Shown: positions 10,701 through 16,535, counted from the first letter of the stretch. The stretch is DNA of 24,000 bases from Bacteroidales bacterium (GCA_041662185.1 JBAZSY010000007.1:19924-43923); one strand, 5' to 3'. A program made the numbers and translations. Notes: a model not told the origin generated them from the letters alone.

Positions 10701-11012
10701 CAAGAAGCATCACAAGAACTAAAGGTAACATCTCTTGAATTCTTAGAAATAGCATCTGAAATATTCTCAAACTGGATACCAGAACTAAAGAACGTAAGCT
10801 TCCAAGCCGTTTGGTCAGGCTACTACACAGAGCCAAGATACATAGTAGATCCAGAATTAGGTTTATTTGTAGGAATGCGAGGTCATGGCTTTATGCTTTG
10901 CCAATACATAGCAAAACTATATGTTGATAAACTCTTAGGTAAAGAAACCCCAACCTATTTCGACAAACTAAAACTCAGCAGAGAAGGAATCTCCGAAACA
11001 GCATTAAAATAA
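7800..11012 (+). CDS. Multi-domain Fe-S flavoprotein oxidoreductase: [2Fe-2S] + FAD/NAD(P) disulfide-reductase fold + 2x[4Fe-4S] ferredoxin + BFD-like [2Fe-2S] + DAO-type FAD dehydrogenase
   Basis: The Cys cluster CGIGKCGAC..C....C is at 7977-8039. Dinucleotide loops are VGAGPAG (8154-8174) and VGAGNIG (8595-8615). Ferredoxin motifs are CNPCQFAC (9195-9218) and CIGCMECVNQCP (9279-9314). BFD-like motifs are CHC (9609-9617) and CRGKRC (9717-9734), and a third Rossmann loop GGGIAG lies at 9909-9926. I place the start at ATG 7800 (MFKINSHPIL...) rather than the track's TTG 7749. Confidence 0.8.
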   Translation: MFKINSHPILDIPKDNETSFKFNGIEIKGQIGFTIAAALHQAGFPVHSHSINDRKRSLECGIGKCGACEMLVDGCVKRICVTKVDGVKEVSEIPKDFLAEKCSISQKETKIYKTQVLIVGAGPAGLAVREELNKLGIKNIVVDANDKIGGQFLMQTHQFFFFEQEKKFGGMRGFDIATTLAGESNEGIFLDCSVWDILKGNRVGIKNTLNGEIFYIDTEHLVVATGAVPFMPVFKNDDLPGVYSAAVVQKMMNSELTLLGKNILTVGAGNIGYLTSYQAIQAGAKVVAILEAMPNEGGFPVQANRVRRLGIPILTSTILLEAIPNEDGTGIKGAVIADCKNFEPIPGTERVVEGIDVINVCTGLIPDNQLLTKGNVLFGKNCHGVGDSVRIGEGTSAVLRGKQCAYEIAQMLNVRYNYDDYLDTSKSYIESQQHPIRIIEKAYSPNQERMDKRSFVRLECLYGFACNPCQFACKYGAITKSSTSVVPEIDYNKCIGCMECVNQCPGLAIFGYNTKKKQVYLPFEYEVEEGIDVFLVDNNGKKLATGRIEKIKKNENKTSVARINVSDIEEKDLLNIKGFIVPDKFPEALEFSLLEEIDEKTFVCHCEDVSLERLLEQIGDRKIISVDELKHTTRMGMGDCRGKRCIPRAKQVLRSYGIEVTDDATPRAPLSNQLSLGELRNYEKKDIFIAYNTKKVEVKSLIAGGGIAGSSLFRYMSEAGLEPILINYDRGASWRNIAGGRPAFSNPELADIAKHNHELFVELNKQSNIDYYPTRYVNLAHDETSYKGLEAAMKWSDAYMVSPKDFQKEISPYFNKDNTDYIAAQITNQCWQATPGKTIDLLRLIGKENKGQVIEGAKLIELTKEGKKFHALVKRGNEYTEYITDIFVNALGYGAEKFAKQIEIETGLYPVKHQAFITKRLPMLGKEGNILDMVIDRRQYKGFSSIYGQQLHETGQIIGCASPMFDSQEASQELKVTSLEFLEIASEIFSNWIPELKNVSFQAVWSGYYTEPRYIVDPELGLFVGMRGHGFMLCQYIAKLYVDKLLGKETPTYFDKLKLSREGISETALK

Positions 11013-11027
11013 AATTATCGGGAAAAA

Positions 11028-11048
11028 ATGGGCGAAATTTTCGCCCAT
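11028..11048 (+). terminator. Hairpin terminator after the oxidoreductase gene
   Basis: ATGGGCGA-AATT-TCGCCCAT forms a perfect 8-bp GC-containing stem with a 4-nt loop, 16 nt after the stop. It isolates the downstream cassette. Confidence 0.7.
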
Positions 11049-11139
11049 AACCTTTTATAATTTATTATGAGCAAATTAATAATAAAGAGTATAATAATAT
11101 AGATAATAATAGGGTTGGTTTTAAAATAAATAGAATAAT

Positions 11140-12189
11140 ATGATAGATATAAATGATTATATAAAAGGCAGAAAATGTTTCCCTGTAATGAGTTTGAATC
11201 ATCAGATAATTGAGAAATTAGAAAAGCTAGATTCTATAGGGATAAAAAACCTAATAGAAAAAGGCCTAAACAAAACAATAACTTTTACAGAATTTCAAGA
11301 ATCCATAAAGAACCCAGCAGAAATAAAAAAAGAAATATCAGATGAAAACCATTCGATTGATAGCATATTCTTATCTGCTGCATATTGCCAATTTCTTTGG
11401 ACAATAAGTTATGTTGCATTAAATGTGTATGATTGTAACAATGTTAACGATGAACTAAAAAATAATCCAACATATAAAGATGATTTAATCAATGAACGTG
11501 AACATGCAAATAAAATAATAGTAAATATTTCAAGTAAAGAACTAAAAGAAAAGTGCCTTGAAGTCATTAATAAAGTAGATCACATATACAAATACATAGA
11601 TAAAGATAAGGTTTTTAATGAATGTCATGATGTTTTTATTGAAGGTATGAAATTAACTGATAAAAACAACACGAAAATAGATATAAAAAGGTATTATGAA
11701 TTAACTAGTGTTTTTACAAAAGGCAATGAAAAGGTTAATGGAATTTATCTTTATGCAGTATTATTTGTGTTGATTCATGAAATACAACATTTTTCATTAG
11801 AACATCTGGAGTCAACAATAGATAATGAATTTGAAGCTGATAGTGCATCTTTTTGGACTTTATTTTCGGATGTAGAAGAAAATGAAAAAACTACTGCCAA
11901 TATAGGAGTATTGGTGGGGTTATGCTCTCTTATATTTATTAATGATCTAGATGGTGGTGGTACACATCCTGATAATGATGATAGAATAATGGAAGTATTA
12001 AAAAATATAATTGAAGAAAATCCTCACTATACTGGTCTTGTTACAACGATATTCAATATGTGGGCTTATTATTATGACGTTTTAGAAATACAAGAACTTC
12101 AGAATAATACATATAATAGTGATAGAGACTATTTAGATGAAATACTTGGAATATGTAAAAAGATAAAAATAAATAAATATGGATGCTGA
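11140..12189 (+). CDS. Hypothetical protein with a minimal gluzincin signature (HExxH ... ExxAD ... HPxxxxR); predicted Zn metallopeptidase of M48 / ImmA-IrrE / Lit-like type
   Basis: The 349-aa ORF carries HEIQH at 11776-11790 (aa 213-217), EFEAD at 11827-11841 (aa 230-234) and THPDNDDR at 11962-11985 (aa 275-282). I recognise no motif in the N-terminal ~210 aa. Its stop overlaps the next ORF's start by 11 nt. Coding status is solid, but the functional call is motif-level only. Confidence 0.6.
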   Translation: MIDINDYIKGRKCFPVMSLNHQIIEKLEKLDSIGIKNLIEKGLNKTITFTEFQESIKNPAEIKKEISDENHSIDSIFLSAAYCQFLWTISYVALNVYDCNNVNDELKNNPTYKDDLINEREHANKIIVNISSKELKEKCLEVINKVDHIYKYIDKDKVFNECHDVFIEGMKLTDKNNTKIDIKRYYELTSVFTKGNEKVNGIYLYAVLFVLIHEIQHFSLEHLESTIDNEFEADSASFWTLFSDVEENEKTTANIGVLVGLCSLIFINDLDGGGTHPDNDDRIMEVLKNIIEENPHYTGLVTTIFNMWAYYYDVLEIQELQNNTYNSDRDYLDEILGICKKIKINKYGC

Positions 12190-12955
12190 TTACAAAAGTT
12201 TATTTTTAAATATTCTAGGAGGTGCATTACTTATCATACTAGATAGATTGTGGTTATACTTTAAACATAAATTTAATTGCTTACGCTACAAATGGATTTT
12301 TGGGAATGGTATTAATAATGATTTTAGTATTGTCTATGCTAAGTTTAAATTAAAACCAATTTTCAAAGAAGATGATTTCAATTATTGTAAGCCTGGAAAT
12401 GGTAAATTGCATTTTAAGATATCTGAGGTTGTATCTTTTACAGAGACAAAATCTGCAAAATACATTTCTGATTCAATAGCGAAAAATACAAAACATGCAT
12501 CGAAAATAATTTCAGACAATGAAATAAAAGATAAGGTAAATATTTCTTATTGTTCATTAGGAGGGCGTAGTAATTATAAAACTAATGATATTTTAGATGC
12601 TGATAATAATTACTATTTCAATTTTGATATTGATAAATCTCAAATTTCTTCAAAGATTGACTCTTCAAAATCATTTCCAATAAATAACGATTACGATTAT
12701 GCTGTAATAATTAAATTAAAGAATAAGTCTTTCCCTGACAAAACACAAATCTGTGTTGCTGGTCTAGGAGAGTGGGGTACAAGCGGGGCATCATGGTTTC
12801 TTGCTAATAAATGGAAAATACTATTGAGAAAAGCGTGGTGTAGAGAATTTGGATGTGTGATAAGAGTAAAACATGGGAAAGATGAATCTGCTGAAATAAT
12901 AGAGATGATTACTTATAAGGATTATAAACGTTTTATTAATAGAACTAATAAATAA
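12179..12955 (+). CDS. Hypothetical membrane-anchored protein (1 N-terminal TM helix plus an alpha/beta domain with LOG/SLOG-like Gly loops)
   Basis: The 258-aa ORF has a hydrophobic helix SLFLNILGGALLIILDRLWLYF at aa ~7-28. Strand-loop motifs are NISYCSLGGRS and TQICVAGLGEWGTSGASWFLANKW (GLGEWGT at 12761-12781). It is translationally coupled to the upstream ORF through ATGGATGCTGA. The function is unknown. Confidence 0.55.
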   Translation: MDADYKSLFLNILGGALLIILDRLWLYFKHKFNCLRYKWIFGNGINNDFSIVYAKFKLKPIFKEDDFNYCKPGNGKLHFKISEVVSFTETKSAKYISDSIAKNTKHASKIISDNEIKDKVNISYCSLGGRSNYKTNDILDADNNYYFNFDIDKSQISSKIDSSKSFPINNDYDYAVIIKLKNKSFPDKTQICVAGLGEWGTSGASWFLANKWKILLRKAWCREFGCVIRVKHGKDESAEIIEMITYKDYKRFINRTNK

Positions 12956-12983
12956 CTTATTTATAGTTTGTTTTATTAATAAA

Positions 12984-13008
12984 GAAAAGCCCTCTCTCGG
13001 GGCTTTTC
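12984..13008. terminator. Bidirectional hairpin terminator between convergent genes
   Basis: GAAAAGCCC (12984-12992) and GGGCTTTTC (13000-13008) form a perfect 9-bp stem with a 7-nt loop. The flanks are A-rich on one side and T-rich on the other. It sits between the stop at 12955 (+) and the stop at 13049 (-). Confidence 0.8.
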
Positions 13009-13048
13009 TTTATTTTCTTCTTCAATCTTTTCCTTGAAACATAACCAT

Positions 13049-13486
13049 TTAGTTTGTAATTCTTATTTCTTTTATAATTGTTTCTATTTCATCTATTAAT
13101 TCAGGTAAAAAGGATTGGTCTATTCCGTAATTAATCACTAACATTGATTCATACATATCATGTGTAGAATTATCAAAATCTATATAATTCATTTTTATGG
13201 TTGCAGCGATATTTCCCAATTCTAATTGTTTAAAGTAAACTTCAAGTTGTCTTTCTATTAGTTGAAACTTTGCTATCTTTATTTTATTCTCATAAAGTAA
13301 ATTCAACTCTTTTAGGAAGTTCTCAAAACAAATCCTATAGTCTTCTATATCTCGCAAAGCTTTATAAAAGGCATAAGAAATACTTGAGGAAAATCTAATC
13401 TTTTGTTCTTCTTCGTTATCAAAAGAAAAATTAGATAATTCCATTACAAGCTTTCTGTTTTTATCATAAAAATGTATTGCATTCAT
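13049..13486 (-). CDS. Hypothetical protein (145 aa, acidic, predicted mostly helical)
   Basis: An intact ORF in an intergenic-free context with no family motif that I recognise. It is rich in E/D/I/L and has heptad-like stretches (KELNLLYENKIKIAKFQLIERQLEVYFKQLE). Confidence 0.55.
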   Translation of the reverse strand: MNAIHFYDKNRKLVMELSNFSFDNEEEQKIRFSSSISYAFYKALRDIEDYRICFENFLKELNLLYENKIKIAKFQLIERQLEVYFKQLELGNIAATIKMNYIDFDNSTHDMYESMLVINYGIDQSFLPELIDEIETIIKEIRITN

Positions 13487-13593
13487 AATTAATCTACTAT
13501 TTGAAGTATTCCATAATATTTTTCCCTTCTCTAATCTTCTTTATTTATTACTTGAAAAATCACCCCCTAATCAGAAACAACACTAATATAAAC

Positions 13594-14277
13594 TTAGTTT
13601 GTGAACTTAAAAATATTTTTTCTAGATTCAGGCAATGTAATTTGTATTATATTATCAACTAATTTAATTCCTTTAAAAGTGAATTTTAAATACTCATCAT
13701 AAAATTCTATTATATTACCATGCTCCTTCCACTTACCTTCTGAGATTTTATAAAATTCTCCTCTTATTACATAACTGCCATCTTTATTAATGTTTATTGT
13801 AGTATAGTTATAGTTTGAATATCTCCCACAATTTATTTTTTCTTCAGAGGTATCAATATCAAGTATTTCAGATTGATTATTAGTAGGCTTAATATCATAA
13901 TCCAGCTCTAGTTTATCTAATTCTTCTTGAAGTGTTACTCTGTGGCTAAATAATATAAATCGTTTATCGGCCAAGAATACTGGACACTTGTTTCCTGATA
14001 ATATAATAGAATCTTCTTTTCTAAAAACCATTTCAAAACCATATTTATCATCTTTAAGAATTAATAAATCATCATTTGTTATATAATTGCCTGATGAAAA
14101 AGAAGAAGCTAATATAAAGTCTTCTGTCATATGTTCAGTGAATGAAATTTGATACCTATTTTGGTTAAAGGCTAAATTCAATGAAGATATACCATCCTTA
14201 AAATTATAAATATAAGATTGAGGATACAAATGTAATGAAACAAGTATAAAGACAATTGTAAATAATATCTTTCTCAT
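13594..14277 (-). CDS. Hypothetical secreted protein (227 aa) with N-terminal signal peptide
   Basis: MRKILFTIVFILVSLHLYPQS is a typical signal sequence, with no lipobox Cys. The remainder is beta-rich and Y/N/K-rich, with no recognisable catalytic motif. Confidence 0.65.
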   Translation of the reverse strand: MRKILFTIVFILVSLHLYPQSYIYNFKDGISSLNLAFNQNRYQISFTEHMTEDFILASSFSSGNYITNDDLLILKDDKYGFEMVFRKEDSIILSGNKCPVFLADKRFILFSHRVTLQEELDKLELDYDIKPTNNQSEILDIDTSEEKINCGRYSNYNYTTININKDGSYVIRGEFYKISEGKWKEHGNIIEFYDEYLKFTFKGIKLVDNIIQITLPESRKNIFKFTN

Positions 14278-14348
14278 ATTAAAAGGTAATAATAATTCAG
14301 CGGGTAATTAAATTAACGAATTCTATTGCAAAATATTTTACTTATCCT

Positions 14349-14792
14349 CTATTCTTCTTTATTTTCTTCTTCCAACATTTTCTTGGTTACATAACCTTTT
14401 GGTATTGGTTTTTCTTTGGTGTACTTCATTTCTTTAAGGGTTTGAACCAATTTTTTGTCAGCTCTATAACTTACTTTGCTGAATTTTACTTTCTTTGGGT
14501 CTAATTCTTTTTCTGTTGCAAAGCCTTTGCTGGTTATGGCTACTCCAAACACTCCTATTCCTTCAAGCTTTACTTTAAAGCCATCAGTTAGCATTTCTTT
14601 CATAAGGGTTGAAAGTCCCATTAAAGTGGAATGAATATCTCCTTGAGTTAAGGAGGAACGATATGAAAGTAATTCTGCTAACTCTCCTATTTCAACCATA
14701 CGTGTTGATTTGGAAATTGCATAATAGGCTTCTTCAAAAACTCCTTCTTTGTTTTTGAACTTCTTTTTTCTTGCACGATATTGATAAGACAT
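14349..14792 (-). CDS. HU-related histone-like DNA-binding protein (Bacteroidales HU_rel type)
   Basis: The 147-aa ORF has ...YYAISKSTRMVEIGELAELLSYRSSLTQGDIHSTLMGLSTLMKEMLTDGFKVKLEGIGVFGVAITSKG...VKFSKVSYRADKKL. This matches the pattern of the Bacteroides 'DNA-binding protein, histone-like, putative' family as I recall it. Confidence 0.8.
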   Translation of the reverse strand: MSYQYRARKKKFKNKEGVFEEAYYAISKSTRMVEIGELAELLSYRSSLTQGDIHSTLMGLSTLMKEMLTDGFKVKLEGIGVFGVAITSKGFATEKELDPKKVKFSKVSYRADKKLVQTLKEMKYTKEKPIPKGYVTKKMLEEENKEE

Positions 14793-14872
14793 AACTACTT
14801 GGTTTTAAATTATAAATATTATTTACCTTGATTTTGATTCAATATAATAAGGTTTCTATAAATTTAAACGCC

Positions 14873-14909
14873 ATATAAAACTCAAAAGATGCTATCCAAA
14901 ACTATTTTA
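14873..14909. repeat. Left arm of a 37-nt imperfect inverted repeat (pairs with 15097-15133)
   Basis: ATATAAAACTCAAAAGatgcTATCcAAAACTATTTTA matches the reverse complement of the right arm at 32 of 37 positions (hand alignment). The arm contains an outward-facing TAGTTTTG (minus strand, 14897-14904), a -7-like box pointing at the HU-like gene. Confidence 0.85.
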
Positions 14910-14997
14910 ATAGGCTTTGAAACTCAAAAGTCTTATTTAAATGTTATTGAGCTATATATATCCATATAACGTAATAGTATATTTAAATATTATTTAG

Positions 14998-15089
14998 ATG
15001 TACATTTAAGCAATGCTAAGATGTACATATAAGTAAGTGTTAAATGTACATTTAAATAATGCTAAGATATACATCTCAACAACATTTAG
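14998..15089. repeat. Four head-to-tail 23-bp tandem repeats, each starting with a palindromic ATGTACAT-type core
   Basis: The copies are ATGTACATTTAAGCAATGCTAAG (14998), ATGTACATATAAGTAAGTGTTAA (15021), ATGTACATTTAAATAATGCTAAG (15044) and ATATACATCTCAACAACATTTAG (15067). A degenerate partial copy precedes them (about 14976-14997, ...TATATTTAAATATTATTTAG). Confidence 0.9.
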
Positions 15090-15096
15090 ATAACGA

Positions 15097-15133
15097 TAAA
15101 ATAGTTTTAGATAAGGACTTTTGAGTTTTATAT
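15097..15133. repeat. Right arm of the 37-nt imperfect inverted repeat
   Basis: TAAAATAGTTTTAGATAAGGACTTTTGAGTTTTATAT is complementary to 14873-14909. It carries TAGTTTTA (15102-15109), one base off a -7 box, pointing rightward. Confidence 0.85.
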
Positions 15134-15344
15134 CCTATCTTCTTAGGTTTATATGGGCTTTAATCTTGGTTAGATCGACTTTTATTGTGGCTATATTAGA
15201 TTAGAATTTGGTTTGGTTATACTTTATTTGGTTATGTTATATTTATTTGCACAACACGTAGAGGAAGGGCTTACATCTGCCGATATAAATATTGAGATAT
15301 AGATTGTTGTATAATTATATTAAAGTAACATTATCGTAATCTGG

Positions 15345-15378
15345 AAAGATAATCAAAGGAGAATCGCTGATTATCTTT
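15345..15378. repeat. Perfect 11-bp inverted repeat (AAAGATAATCA / TGATTATCTTT) with 12-nt loop
   Basis: Read directly from the sequence. It lies 140 nt upstream of the histidine kinase ATG. It could be an operator or an RNA hairpin, and no T-tract follows. Confidence 0.5.
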
Positions 15379-15410
15379 ACAAATATTACATCCTTACTAA
15401 TTGTATGATA

Positions 15411-15445
15411 TTTGGGTGCAAGTTTGATTATTTATTGTACTTTTG
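15411..15445 (+). promoter_or_regulatory. Possible promoter of the HK-RR operon (-33 TTTG, -7 TACTTTTG)
   Basis: TACTTTTG at 15438-15445 fits TAnnTTTG and lies 70 nt upstream of ATG 15516. TTTG at 15411-15414 is 23 nt upstream, slightly longer than consensus spacing. Confidence 0.4.
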
Positions 15446-15515
15446 CATTAATCTAATGTTTATTCATCTTAAATATAACAAATAGCATTTTAAGTTAACT
15501 CTCATATTTCAAAAT

Positions 15516-16535
15516 ATGTATAAGAATAAATTATATAAGACTGCGCTTTTATCTTCTCCTATTATGGCAGCATTTGAGTTGTCTCCTATTTTTTTCCTGC
15601 AATCACCAGAATATCCACTGAATTTTTGGTTTTCATTTACAACTTTAACTATTCTAACAATAGTTATTTGGGGAGTGAATATCTATGTGGAAAGCATATG
15701 GGTAAGTAGTGGCAGAAAAAACAACATTGAATGGTATTCATTGAGTTACATTTTTATATTACTTTTGTTTGCATTGTTGTGGATCGTATTACATCTTTTC
15801 ACTGAATTGGATAATAATAGAAACAGACCGTCGATTTTATTTCCAATAATCAATATTCTCACTCTCAACACTATTATATTGATCATATCGAATGCAATTA
15901 TTGTCAGATCAAAAAGAGAACAAGCCGATAAAGAATTAACTGAATTGAAAATAAAGAATTTAGAGGCAGAACAACAGGCACTGGTAAGTCAATTGCAACC
16001 TCATTTTTTATTTAACACACTAAGTACCCTTAGTTCTATTATAAGTACCGATTCTGATCTGGCTAAAAAATATGTTATCAGGCTTTCAGATTTTCTGAGA
16101 TATACGATATCCGCCAACGAACACGTGCTTATTCCTCTTTCTGAAGAATTGAAATTTACACAGGACTATATTGAACTTCAGAAATTACGATTTGAAGACT
16201 CCTTTTATTGTTCGATTACTGTGGCTCAGGAAAAGATAAATCAGTACCAAATTCCTGTATATGCTCTCCAATCGTTAGTAGAAAATGCATTTAAGCATAA
16301 TTCGTTTAGTTACGAAAAACCACTAAAGGTTAATATTGAATTAAAAGATGATTTATTGATCGTATCCAACAATAAAATGCCCAAGCCCATGTTTTTGGAT
16401 GAAGAAAGAAATGGTATCGGACTTAAAAATCTCAACAGAAGGTATCAATTGATAGTTGGGAAAGACATAGATATCAAAGACACCCAAACAGAATACACTG
16501 TTATACTTAAATTGATTAAGACAACACAATTATGA
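15516..16535 (+). CDS. Sensor histidine kinase, LytS/YehU-type (multi-TM sensor + His_kinase + HATPase)
   Basis: The 339-aa ORF has about 4 N-terminal TM helices and a coiled linker (LTELKIKNLEAEQQAL). The phosphoacceptor region is LQPHFLFNTLSTL and the N-box is LVENAFKHN. The stop overlaps the RR start (ATGA). Confidence 0.9.
   Translation: MYKNKLYKTALLSSPIMAAFELSPIFFLQSPEYPLNFWFSFTTLTILTIVIWGVNIYVESIWVSSGRKNNIEWYSLSYIFILLLFALLWIVLHLFTELDNNRNRPSILFPIINILTLNTIILIISNAIIVRSKREQADKELTELKIKNLEAEQQALVSQLQPHFLFNTLSTLSSIISTDSDLAKKYVIRLSDFLRYTISANEHVLIPLSEELKFTQDYIELQKLRFEDSFYCSITVAQEKINQYQIPVYALQSLVENAFKHNSFSYEKPLKVNIELKDDLLIVSNNKMPKPMFLDEERNGIGLKNLNRRYQLIVGKDIDIKDTQTEYTVILKLIKTTQL

Noticed and set aside
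12179-12955. ORF B as a bacterial gasdermin-like or caspase/CHAT-like protein
   Set aside because: Its size and its protease neighbour suggested gasdermin. However, the protein starts with a classical TM anchor and shows an alternating strand/helix pattern rather than a gasdermin beta-sheet core. No His/Cys catalytic dyad context for a caspase fold could be identified. This cannot be decided without structure prediction.
14998-15089. The tandem repeats as a CRISPR array
   Set aside because: The repeats are contiguous 23-mers with no unique spacers between them. There are only four copies, they diverge progressively, and no cas genes are in the window.
14873-15133. The IR-bounded segment as a Bacteroides-style invertible promoter (phase-variation switch)
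   Set aside because: I found no TAnnTTTG box on either strand inside the invertible portion (14910-15096). The only -7-like boxes lie in the arms, which would not change on inversion. No recombinase gene is nearby, and the arms do not resemble the Mpi-type IR core I remember. The idea is not fully excluded, and read-orientation data would settle it.
11049-15140. The islet as an integrated mobile element or prophage remnant
   Set aside because: No integrase, transposase, relaxase or phage structural gene is present, and I could find no flanking direct repeats. The only tRNA (1363-1434) is about 10 kb away. I therefore describe it only as an accessory-looking islet.
15212-15235. TTTGGTTAT direct repeats (15212-15220 and 15227-15235) and neighbouring TTATATTTATTTG-like strings
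   Set aside because: These are short, low-complexity T/G-rich repeats in an AT-rich spacer. Such matches are expected by chance and have no supporting context.
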